Source: Planctomycetota bacterium (lineage in GTDB: Bacteria > Planctomycetota > MHYJ01 > WSZJ01). Taken from it: a stretch of DNA of 64,000 nucleotides. Position numbers and translations under genes: made by a program. Positions within the stretch are counted from its first letter, which is position 1, and every line of letters begins with the position of its first letter. Below are positions 1 to 8,194 of the stretch, piece after piece. The notes under the pieces are model-generated. The model saw nothing but the letters and a program-made list of their open reading frames with translations. It searched no databases and was not told the origin of the DNA. Location of the stretch: contig JBBTCT010000024.1 in NCBI GenBank assembly GCA_038060895.1, positions 64,001 through 128,000 of the forward strand, in the 5' to 3' direction.

Positions 1-519
1 CTGACCAGCGAGGCGCATGCGAAGCGCCAGTAATCGCGGAGGAGAGACCTCCAGACTCGCAATCGTCGCTTCCAGTAGATTCCGTGCCCAAGCCCGATTC
101 AGGGCTTCCTCGGGAGAAGCGTCGACTGCAACCTCCAACTCGTACTCCGACTCTCCCATTTCGAAATCCAGGGAGAGCGTCAGCTTGCCACTCCCGCGCT
201 TCTCGCGCAAAGCTGACTTCCTCCAGTCTCGAAGGAAATTAGACAGCGCAGCCAACAGCCATGTCCGGAAGCGTCCGCGCGCGGGGTCGGCTTGTTTGAA
301 TGCCGAACGTTCAAAGAGGCGAGTCAGGAATTCTTGAACGATGTCCTTTGAGGAGTGGTGGTCGTAACCTCGGCGCCGCACGAAAAAGAAGAGCGGCTTC
401 CAGTAGATCATGAGCAACTCATTTAGGACCTCAACGTCAGTGGAGTTTCGCACCAGATTCCAAGGCGTGAATGGGAACGCCTTACCTCCGATGTTCCGGG
501 GAATGCCATCATCGACCAC
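1..519 (-). CDS. ECF-type sigma-70 factor (runs off window start, 3' partial)
   Basis: Not in the ORF track. Manual translation gives FPFTPWNLV...YWKPLFFFVRRRGYD...DIVQEFL...ADPARGRFRTWLLAALSNFLRD...KRGSG...SLDF...NRAWARNLL, typical of planctomycete ECF sigma factors. GTG start at 519 is approximate. Confidence 0.85.
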   Translation of the reverse strand, partial: MVDDGIPRNIGGKAFPFTPWNLVRNSTDVEVLNELLMIYWKPLFFFVRRRGYDHHSSKDIVQEFLTRLFERSAFKQADPARGRFRTWLLAALSNFLRDWRKSALREKRGSGKLTLSLDFEMGESEYELEVAVDASPEEALNRAWARNLLEATIASLEVSPPRLLALRMRLAGQ

Positions 520-580
520 TGTTTCCCGCTCTCACTTCCGCCTCCTCGTGGTGTTCTGGTCGGAGAACCTGTCAACTGAG

Positions 581-608
581 AAGGGCCCCGGCAGAAACCG
601 GGGCCCTT
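581..608 (-). terminator. Hairpin terminator downstream of cold-shock gene
   Basis: AAGGGCCCCGG-cagaaa-CCGGGGCCCTT perfect stem ~30 nt after the csp stop. Confidence 0.7.
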
Positions 609-638
609 AGACTCTCAACCTTCGACATTCGACCCTTC

Positions 639-845
639 CTACGTTGCCGCCTGCACATTGGTAGCCCGGGCACCCTTCACGTCCTGCGTAATGTCGAAGC
701 TCACCTTCATCCCCTCCTGCAGAGTCCGGAATCCCTGCATCTGGATGGCGGTGTGATGGACGAAGACGTCCTTCCCACCGTCGTCCGGCGCGATGAATCC
801 GTAGCCCTTCTGGTCGCTGAACCACTTCACGGTGCCCGTCGCCAT
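639..845 (-). CDS. cspA: Cold-shock protein
   Basis: [18 protein letters not shown]...DVFVHHTAI (RNP1/RNP2 motifs); GGAGG RBS. Confidence 0.97.
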   Translation of the reverse strand: MATGTVKWFSDQKGYGFIAPDDGGKDVFVHHTAIQMQGFRTLQEGMKVSFDITQDVKGARATNVQAAT

Positions 846-883
846 GCGTCCTCCTGCTTCTGAATGTTCCCCACACCTGGGTG

Positions 884-920
884 AAAAAAAAACCGCCGGG
901 GCCTCGGTGGCCCTGGCGGC
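884..920 (-). terminator. Intrinsic terminator inside the csp leader (possible attenuator)
   Basis: Minus strand GCCGCCAGGGCC..GGCCCCCGGCGG followed by T9. Confidence 0.7.
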
Positions 921-982
921 TTCAGTCGTTCGTCGTTGACTTCGGCGTTCCTCTATCCCTGCAAGTGTCCTTCTGTCCCCGG

Positions 983-1012
983 ATTATCGCGAACGGGCCG
1001 GGGACCATTCAA
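983..1012 (-). promoter_or_regulatory. Putative sigma-70 promoter for csp
   Basis: TTGAAT-18 nt-GATAAT on the minus strand. Confidence 0.5.
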
Positions 1013-1022
1013 GCGCGATTCG

Positions 1023-2315
1023 TTACTTGCGCTCCATCGCCGCCTTTTCCTTCGCTTCACGCTCCTCGGCGATCTTCGTCTTCACCCACGCCTTGCCGTC
1101 CTTGCGGTACCACTGGTTCCACGGCGTGAAGTCGTCGCCGAGCTCCTGGCCGGTCAGCTTCTGCAGGACGGCGCCGAACATCGCCGACGTCTCGTGGTAA
1201 CCCTCGGGGTAGGCCACCGTCGTCTTGACCCGCTGGATCTGGAGGATCGGCGTCTCGATCCGCACCGGCACGGGAATCGCCCGGCGCGTCGGGTCCGGGA
1301 AGACGTCCACGAATGAATCCGTGATGTCCTGCACCTGCGAAGCGTTCGTCGCGCGGATCTCCATGTAGATCGTGTAGAAGGCCGCGATCATGTACGGCAC
1401 GCTCTCGGCGCTCCCCATCTCGCCCAGCACCGAGGCCGACCGGCGCCGCGAATCCATCTGCTCCTCCTCGACCACCCGCTTCTGGTACCACATCCGCGCG
1501 TAGTCGTCCCCCATCCCGCGCGTCGCATCCACCGCGATGGCGCGGATCTCGTCGTCTTTTTCTCGTAGAGCCGTCCCGGTCAGGTCGCCGAGCTTGTCGA
1601 AGCGCGCCTGAAGGTCGCGGACCGAGTGAAGGTGGTCGTGGGTGTGCTGGAAGAAGCGCTTCAGCCCCCGCCATGCCGCGATGCGCGTTCCCCTGTTCGA
1701 GCTGAGGACGGTGCGGGAGCAGGGTGAGAGAAGCGAATCGGCGCGGACTTTCAGGAGCGACGCGACCGCGGCGTCGTGCTTCGCCGGGTCCTTGGACGCC
1801 GACTCGATCAGGAACTTCTTCGCCAGGGCTTCGCAGTCGAGGCGGTCGGCCTCGTCCTGGGTCATCCACTCGCCGTCGCGCTTGACCTCGCCGTTGTCGA
1901 GGTGGATGTCGTCGGGCGACTTCCACTCGCCTGCGACCTGCTTGTGCCCGAGCGCAAGGCGCGCGTCGACGTGGTTCGGGTCGGCGGCGACCGTCTTTGC
2001 CGCTTCCTTCCGGTACTCGGCCTCGATGCCGACGTCCTTGCACCACTTTGCGAGAGCCCAGTGGCCTTTCGCGTCGTCGTCCTTCAGCGCGGCGGCCTTC
2101 TCGGCGTAGAGCTCGAGGGAGGTTTTGCCGTACTCGATCTTGTCGATCTGGTTCTTTCTGAAGCGCGTGGAGCCGTATTTTCCTTCGAGGAGGATCTCTT
2201 CGCCGAGGTCCTTGACCTTGCCTTCGAGGCGGCGGCCATCGACGGTGAAGATGGTGTCGGCGGGGGCGAGGGAAGCGGCGAGGGCGAGGAACAGGGCGGG
2301 CAGGGTGATTTTCAT
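1023..2315 (-). CDS. Secreted protein with HEAT-like helical repeats
   Basis: Signal peptide MKITLPALFLALAASLAPA; N-terminal module shared with 15351..16379; HEAT-like C-terminal half. Confidence 0.75.
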   Translation of the reverse strand: MKITLPALFLALAASLAPADTIFTVDGRRLEGKVKDLGEEILLEGKYGSTRFRKNQIDKIEYGKTSLELYAEKAAALKDDDAKGHWALAKWCKDVGIEAEYRKEAAKTVAADPNHVDARLALGHKQVAGEWKSPDDIHLDNGEVKRDGEWMTQDEADRLDCEALAKKFLIESASKDPAKHDAAVASLLKVRADSLLSPCSRTVLSSNRGTRIAAWRGLKRFFQHTHDHLHSVRDLQARFDKLGDLTGTALREKDDEIRAIAVDATRGMGDDYARMWYQKRVVEEEQMDSRRRSASVLGEMGSAESVPYMIAAFYTIYMEIRATNASQVQDITDSFVDVFPDPTRRAIPVPVRIETPILQIQRVKTTVAYPEGYHETSAMFGAVLQKLTGQELGDDFTPWNQWYRKDGKAWVKTKIAEEREAKEKAAMERK

Positions 2316-2479
2316 GGGGAGAAGCGAATGCAAGAAGCGCGCCGGGGTTGTTGGATTCATAAGCCCTTTATCCTGAAGGGTTTAAGTGCTACGGGAGCCC
2401 GACTGAAACGGCAACAGGATTGACATCGTGTAAACACCGGTTCCACGTTCGGCCCGAAAAACGTCAAACTCCGGCGGCC

Positions 2480-3655
2480 TTACTTCGCCTCGAGCGCAGC
2501 CAGCACCCACTCGTACTCCTTGATCAGGCTCTCTACCAGCGACTTCCCGCAGAGCTTCTCCCGCTCCCCTGCAGGGATCACGTCCCACGTGTACGTCTCG
2601 ATTTCGAAGTCGGAACACAGCCCGCGCTTCCCCACCTCCGCCAGCGCGGACTTCAGGAACGCCTGCGTCGTCTTCAACCCGCCGATCTGTTCCAGGAAGA
2701 CCGGCACGTGAAAATGCGTCCGAGCCTCTTTATCCGGCCAACCTTTCGCCTCGCCAAGATCCGGCGCACGCTTCCCGCTCTCCGTGCACACCTGGTGGAA
2801 ATAACGTGGCTCGTCGAAGCGCGCGAGTTCGCCCGGCGGTCCTTCGAGCGCGCAGGTCACCTGCATTTTTCCGATGACGATGCCGCTTCGGTCGATCCTG
2901 TCCACGAGGTCGGCGGGGTCTTCCCACATCACGGCGTGGTGGCAGGCGTCGAAGCAGAGGCCGAGGTGTTCGTGGAGGATGTCGGTGGCCTGCTCGCGGT
3001 TGTACTTGTCGGTGCCGTGCAGGGCGCGCTCGCCGCCGGGATAGATGTGGCGCCGGAAAAACTCGATCGCGTCCGCCGCGGTTTCGCAGGTCGTGAGCGG
3101 CTCGGGCTCGAGGCAGACGCGGACGCTCACGCCCGTTTCGTTCTTGAGCGTGTGGAGCCCCGCGGCGACCTGGGCGAGATTGCGCGCCATGTCGTCGCGC
3201 ACCCGCTTGTCGTCGCCGTCAGCGCGGTACCCGCCCGCCACCGTCGAAAGCGTCAGAGACTGTCCGCCCCCCAGCGCCGCCATCACGTGAGCCGCCGCGA
3301 GCGTGTACGCCGCCCGCTTCTGGTCCGCCCACGAGGGCCGGTAGACCTCTTCTTTCACGCGCCCCGCGTTGAACTTCCCGAACGGAAACACATTGGCGGT
3401 GAAGGCGAAGAGGTCGAGGGAGTCGAGAAGCGCCTTCGTTTTGGCGAGGCGGTAGGGATCGCTCGCGAGGGCGTCGGCGGCCTGCGCGGACAGGCGCAGC
3501 CCGGCGCCAGTCCGCCGGCCCGGAAAGAGCAGGCGACGGATTTCGCCCGGGCCGTCGCGAAGGGCCGACTCGAGTTCGTCCACGGTTTCGCACGGGTGGA
3601 CGTTCATCGAGTAACCGAGACGGATGACCTGGCCGCGGGAGGAGAGTTCGGGCAT
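2480..3655 (-). CDS. eboE: Metabolite traffic protein EboE (xylose-isomerase-like TIM barrel)
   Basis: LGYSMNVHP, TANVFPFGKF..RVKEEVYRPSW, LEPEP, GLCFDACH, RTHFHVP and EIETYTW motifs. Confidence 0.88.
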   Translation of the reverse strand: MPELSSRGQVIRLGYSMNVHPCETVDELESALRDGPGEIRRLLFPGRRTGAGLRLSAQAADALASDPYRLAKTKALLDSLDLFAFTANVFPFGKFNAGRVKEEVYRPSWADQKRAAYTLAAAHVMAALGGGQSLTLSTVAGGYRADGDDKRVRDDMARNLAQVAAGLHTLKNETGVSVRVCLEPEPLTTCETAADAIEFFRRHIYPGGERALHGTDKYNREQATDILHEHLGLCFDACHHAVMWEDPADLVDRIDRSGIVIGKMQVTCALEGPPGELARFDEPRYFHQVCTESGKRAPDLGEAKGWPDKEARTHFHVPVFLEQIGGLKTTQAFLKSALAEVGKRGLCSDFEIETYTWDVIPAGEREKLCGKSLVESLIKEYEWVLAALEAK

Positions 3656-3716
3656 GGGGGGAGATTATAGACCGGGGGAGCGGGAACGACGCGCTTCGCT
3701 TGGTTTGGAGTTCGGG

Positions 3717-3859
3717 GTTCCGGAGGTTGAGTTCCGGGTTCCGGGTTCGGAGTTCCGGGTGGGGTCCTGAACCAGCAACACACTCAACAACCCCAAACTC
3801 CCAACCCGCAACCCCACCCGGAACTCGGAACCCGGAACCCGGAACTCAACCTCCGGAAC
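3717..3859. repeat. 49-bp inverted repeat built of GGGTTCC/GGAACCC heptamers
   Basis: Arms 3717-3765 and 3811-3859 are reverse complements with one mismatch. Confidence 0.9.
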
Positions 3860-3872
3860 TCACAACTCTCAA

Positions 3873-4280
3873 CTAGCTTTTCTTCCTCGCGAACGCCACG
3901 GTCTTGGGCAGCCCGCCCTTCACCGGAATCGGCCTTCCCCCCGAATCCACCGAAACATACGTCACCGTCGCCTCGGTGACCTTGACCGTCACGCTCGGGT
4001 CTTCGAACCGCTGCGCTTCCACGCGCACTTTCACTGTCACCGACGTGTTCCCGACCTTTTCCACCTCGGCGTAGAAGCTGACCACGTCGCCCACGTACAC
4101 CGGCTCGGGAAACGCAATCTTGTCCATCCCGACGGTCACATACTTGTGCGGCCCGAGCCCGCGCGCGGCGACCGCGCCCGCGAGGTCGATGTACGACAGG
4201 ATCACGCCGCCGAAGATCGTGCCGTGGCCGTTCGTGTCCTTCGGCATCAGGATCGTGCGGATCGCCGGGTCTCGCTTCAC
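3873..4280 (-). CDS. Acyl-CoA thioesterase (hotdog fold)
   Basis: MPKDTNGHGTIFGGVILSYIDLAG...VGNTSVTV; GTG start overlaps upstream TGA (GTGA). Confidence 0.92.
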   Translation of the reverse strand: MKRDPAIRTILMPKDTNGHGTIFGGVILSYIDLAGAVAARGLGPHKYVTVGMDKIAFPEPVYVGDVVSFYAEVEKVGNTSVTVKVRVEAQRFEDPSVTVKVTEATVTYVSVDSGGRPIPVKGGLPKTVAFARKKS

Positions 4281-4852
4281 CTTGCCTCCTTGAAGACGGG
4301 TTCTCCTTCGGCCGGCTCGATCAGCAGCAGGCTGCACTCCCACCGGTCCCAGTATCCAGGCTTGCACTTCTTCGCCTGCCGCCACGGCGCAGGGTCGTGA
4401 AGGCGGAATTCGCCGGCTTCGTGACCGATCACCACGACCCAGTGCGAGCCTTGCCGGCGGTCGCCGAACGCCACGTCCTTGTCGGGGATGCACACCACCG
4501 GCGGGCGCGCCGCCGCGAGGCACCGGTCGATGTCGGATTTCCGCGGCTCGCGCTGAATCCACTTCCCTCCGGCCTTCAGGAATTCCTTCCCGACGTCGCG
4601 CGGGCTCGTATCGATCAGCGTCGCCCGCGCGCCGTGCGCCAGCGCCACCCGCCCCAGCCGCCCGGGGCCGATTCCCCAGCTCTGCAGCATCCGCGGCAGG
4701 ATCAGCGAATGCCGCTCTAACTCCTCAAGCTCCGCGGAAATCCGCGCCGCTTTCAGCGCCATCGTCACGCACGCCAGCCCGCAGCCGCAGTTCGGTCCCT
4801 GCCGCACGAGCGGCACGTCGAGGAGAAGGCCGCCCGGGGGCGCGATATCCAT
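4277..4852 (-). CDS. Peptidase C39-like protein
   Basis: LDVPLVRQ..CGCGLACVTM...SHWVVVIG...LHDP (papain-like Cys/His/Asp). Confidence 0.75.
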   Translation of the reverse strand: MDIAPPGGLLLDVPLVRQGPNCGCGLACVTMALKAARISAELEELERHSLILPRMLQSWGIGPGRLGRVALAHGARATLIDTSPRDVGKEFLKAGGKWIQREPRKSDIDRCLAAARPPVVCIPDKDVAFGDRRQGSHWVVVIGHEAGEFRLHDPAPWRQAKKCKPGYWDRWECSLLLIEPAEGEPVFKEAR

Positions 4853-4859
4853 GAAGCGC

Positions 4860-5828
4860 CTACTTTGCGGCGACTGCTTTCTTTCCCGCAGTTTTCTTCT
4901 CCGCCGCGGCGGGAAGCCAGGTCAGCCATTTGTGATACTTCGCGTTCTCCCCGCGCACGATCCGGAAGAACTCCGACTGCAGCCGCTCGGTCACCGGCCC
5001 GCGCTTCCCGTCCCCGATCGTGCGGTCGTTGATCTCGCGCACCGGCGTGACCTCCGCCGCGGTGCCGGTGAAGAAGACTTCGTCCGCGTGGAAAAGCTCC
5101 GACGGCGCAATGTCCTTCACGGTCACGGTGATCCCCATGTCCTTCGCCACCCGGATGATCGAGTCGCGCGTAATCCCCGGCAGGATGGAACTCGACAGGT
5201 CGTTCGTGAACAATTCCCCGTCCTTCACGAAGAACACGTTCTCCCCGCACCCCTCCGACACGCACCCACGGTGGTCCAGCAGGATCGCTTCGTCGTACCC
5301 CCGCCTCCGCGCGTCGTTCCCCGACAGGATGCTAGACAGGTACTGCCCGCACGCCTTCGCCGCGGCCGGAAGCGCGTCCGGCGCGAACTTGCGCCACGCG
5401 CTGTACACCGCGCGGATGCCCTTCTCAAGCCCGTCCGACCCGAGATACCGCTCCCACTGCCAGCTCGCGACGTAGACCTCCGTCGGGAGCCCGCTCGCGT
5501 GCAGCCCGAACTGCCCGTATCCCCAGAACGCCAGCGGGCGGAGGTAGGCCGCGGAAAGCCCGGAAGCGGCCAGCGTCTCGACGCAGGCGTCCTCGATCTG
5601 GCGGTGCGTGAACGGCACCTTGATGTCGTAGACCTTCGCGGAATTGAAGAACCGCGAGATGTGTTCCTTGAGCCGGAAAATGGCGGGGCCGCGATCGGTT
5701 CCGTAGGCGCGGATCCCCTCGAACACGCCGGTGCCGTAATGAAGGACGTGGCACATGATGTGGACCTTCGCGTCGTCCCACGGGATGAGTTTGCCGTTGG
5801 CCCAGACGGTCGAACTATGCTTGTTCAT
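4860..5828 (-). CDS. ilvE: Branched-chain amino acid aminotransferase
   Basis: HVLHYGTGVFEGIRAY, AAKACGQY, EGCGENVF, ILPGITRDS, FTGTAAEVTPV. Confidence 0.95.
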   Translation of the reverse strand: MNKHSSTVWANGKLIPWDDAKVHIMCHVLHYGTGVFEGIRAYGTDRGPAIFRLKEHISRFFNSAKVYDIKVPFTHRQIEDACVETLAASGLSAAYLRPLAFWGYGQFGLHASGLPTEVYVASWQWERYLGSDGLEKGIRAVYSAWRKFAPDALPAAAKACGQYLSSILSGNDARRRGYDEAILLDHRGCVSEGCGENVFFVKDGELFTNDLSSSILPGITRDSIIRVAKDMGITVTVKDIAPSELFHADEVFFTGTAAEVTPVREINDRTIGDGKRGPVTERLQSEFFRIVRGENAKYHKWLTWLPAAAEKKTAGKKAVAAK

Positions 5829-5884
5829 AGGCGATCCATCGTACGACGGAGGTTGAAGTTTGCAAATGGTCGCCGCCCGCGGGC

Positions 5885-6751
5885 CTACTTCCTCGTCGTG
5901 AACTTCCACGCCTTCTTCCACGCCTTCCCGTCAACCTTTGCGTCCACCGTCACCGTGTAAGTCGTCGCCGGCTTCAGCGGGTCCTTCGCAATCAGCCCGA
6001 TCGTGTTGCGCTGGCCCTGCGGCTGCACGGTTTTCTCGGGGGTCGAAAGCCAGACCGGAACCTCGACGCCCGCGGCGTCCTTCAGGGTTGCCGTCGCGTC
6101 GGTGACCTTCACGATCTCCCGGAACGTCGCCGTCACCGGAAATCCCGCCTTCTGGTCCGGGTCATCCGGGATCGGCGTCGGCCGCTCGCCCCCGAAATCG
6201 AGCGGAACGTCCTTCTGCCCGTCGGCCGGATACATCACGACCTTCGCTTTCTCTTCCGTCAGAGGCGGGAGCCCCGACAGCACATCGACGCAGCAGACCC
6301 ACGGCGGATTCGCCGTGCCCTTCACGTAACCCAGGCCGATTTTCTGCAAGTCGGCGTTGAGAAGCGGAATCCGGTGGTAGAGCGACGCCATGAATCCGTC
6401 CACCGCTTCCGCCGGCTCGACGTAATGAATGTCCGACGCCTTCCCCGCGGCCGCGCCTTCCTTCGTATACCCCTCGAGCTTGGGGTCCTCCGAGTGCATG
6501 CTCGTCCCCGCCTTCATCATCGCGTCGTAATGCTTCAGTAGATACGCCGCGTGCGACGAGCAGCCCGCCGACATCTTCGCGTCGATCGTCACCGGCCCCA
6601 CCCCCGCCAGCTTCCGGACCGCGTTGATCTTCTCCAGCGCCTTCGCGTCCGCCTCGGGAAGCGGCGGCCCCTTGCCTGGTTTTTTCGGCGGCTCGGCGGA
6701 AGCGAGCGCCAGAACGAACATCGCGACGACGAGCGGCAGCAGCACCTTCAT
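5885..6751 (-). CDS. Secreted CAP (SCP) domain protein with C-terminal Ig-like domain
   Basis: Signal peptide; INAVRKLAG..HAAYL..HSED..SLYHRIPLL..IGLGY; C-terminal PLKPATTYTVTV..WKFTT. Confidence 0.8.
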   Translation of the reverse strand: MKVLLPLVVAMFVLALASAEPPKKPGKGPPLPEADAKALEKINAVRKLAGVGPVTIDAKMSAGCSSHAAYLLKHYDAMMKAGTSMHSEDPKLEGYTKEGAAAGKASDIHYVEPAEAVDGFMASLYHRIPLLNADLQKIGLGYVKGTANPPWVCCVDVLSGLPPLTEEKAKVVMYPADGQKDVPLDFGGERPTPIPDDPDQKAGFPVTATFREIVKVTDATATLKDAAGVEVPVWLSTPEKTVQPQGQRNTIGLIAKDPLKPATTYTVTVDAKVDGKAWKKAWKFTTRK

Positions 6752-6786
6752 GGCGAATCCCTTCTTCGCCCCCCGGGGCATCATAC

Positions 6787-6912
6787 CCGTCGTGGGCGTG
6801 AAGACAATCCGACGGCTCAGGCTGCGTCGGCCCGGTGTTCGTGAATTGAGAAGTGCATCTTCTGCGGGCCGACTCCGCCCGATCCGCCGAATTGTCTTCA
6901 CGCCCACGACGG
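6787..6912. repeat. Long hairpin element, copy 1
   Basis: 22-bp perfect outer IR (6787-6808 / 6891-6912) plus an imperfect inner stem; homologous to 16780..16887. Confidence 0.85.
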
Positions 6913-7010
6913 CGCTCCCATGCGATCGAATCGGGCGGGCCATCGCGCCATGCAACCCGGCTTTACGATGAGACGTCTAAAAGCAAAGTGTGGTTTCGTG
7001 CTGAGAACGA

Positions 7011-7574
7011 TCAGGGCGCAACCATCGCGCGCTGTTCCATCGTAAGAATTCTCCATTCGCCGGCGCGCAGGACGCCCAGCTTCAAGCCGCCGATCCGCCC
7101 ACGCATCAGGCGCAGCGTCGGATGTCCGATCGCCGCCGTCATCCGCCGCACCTGGCGATTCCGGCCTTCGATCAACTCGAGTCCAATCCAGCAATCAGGG
7201 ACGTTCTTGCGGAAGCGGATCGGCGGCACCCGCGGAGGTATCCCCGGCTGCGGCTTCAGCAGCCACGCCTTGCAGGGCAGCGTCTTCCGACGCTGGATCG
7301 AAACTCCTCGCCCAAGCCGCTTCAGGCTCTCCGCCGACGGCACTCCCTCGACCTGCGCCCAGTACTCGCGCTCGTGGGCGTTGCGCGGATGCAGGAGGCG
7401 CTCGTTCCAATCCGGCTCGTCGCTGAGCAGCAGCAGCCCCTCGGAGTCCGCGTCCAGCCGCCCGATGGGATAAACGCCCTTCGGGAATTTGAATCCGGCC
7501 AGCGCACGGTTCGGCGAGCCGTCGCCGGTGAACTGCGACAGAACGCCGTACGGCTTGTGGAAGGCGATGAGCAT
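7011..7574 (-). CDS. rluE: rRNA pseudouridine synthase (RluE/RsuA family)
   Basis: FHKPYGVLSQF, GRLDADSEGLLLL, EGRNRQVRRMTAAIGHPTLRL. Confidence 0.9.
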   Translation of the reverse strand: MLIAFHKPYGVLSQFTGDGSPNRALAGFKFPKGVYPIGRLDADSEGLLLLSDEPDWNERLLHPRNAHEREYWAQVEGVPSAESLKRLGRGVSIQRRKTLPCKAWLLKPQPGIPPRVPPIRFRKNVPDCWIGLELIEGRNRQVRRMTAAIGHPTLRLMRGRIGGLKLGVLRAGEWRILTMEQRAMVAP

Positions 7575-7668
7575 CGGTTCGCGGGCGAATCTTACCCCTG
7601 GGACTACGCCCTGTCAGCGAAGGCGCTTCAGACTTGCCCGCGCCGCCGCGCTGTTCTAGGCTTCGGCC

Positions 7669-8151
7669 ATGAAGAAATCCATCGTCCCCGGCGTCATCCT
7701 TGCCGTGCTCCTGGCCTCCTGGATGTACGTGATCGGCTACATGGGCTGGTACAAGCACCCCACCCTGGCGAACATGTTCTGGCTCGTCGTGCTGATCCAG
7801 ATCGTCGTCCTCACGTTCGTCATCAAGGGCGCGGCAAAGGACGGGGCAGGGTTCGTCGGCAAATTCGTCCGCGGCGCAGGCACGTCCCTGGTCGCCGCCC
7901 CCCTCGTCTTCCTCAACTCACTCCTCTTCACGCAGGTCGTCTTCCCGAAGTACTTCGAAGAGATCCGCGCGGCGCAGGAGACGCTTCTGCGCTCGAAGGG
8001 AATTCCGGAGGCGCAGATCGTCGAGACCCTGAAGGCCGCCGCCGCGATGGAAAACCCGTACCTGCAGGCGACACTCGGCGCGATCGGCACCATCGTGACC
8101 GGGATCATCGTTTCACTCATCGCTTCGGCGATGGTGAAGAAGCCCGAATAG
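7669..8151 (+). CDS. Four-TM membrane protein (DUF4199-like)
   Basis: Four hydrophobic helices with a soluble loop ..VFPKYFEEI.. Confidence 0.7.
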   Translation: MKKSIVPGVILAVLLASWMYVIGYMGWYKHPTLANMFWLVVLIQIVVLTFVIKGAAKDGAGFVGKFVRGAGTSLVAAPLVFLNSLLFTQVVFPKYFEEIRAAQETLLRSKGIPEAQIVETLKAAAAMENPYLQATLGAIGTIVTGIIVSLIASAMVKKPE

Positions 8152-8194
8152 CCGGGCGCTTGCCTGCAGCGCGCATAGATTGCAGAGTGGGGCC

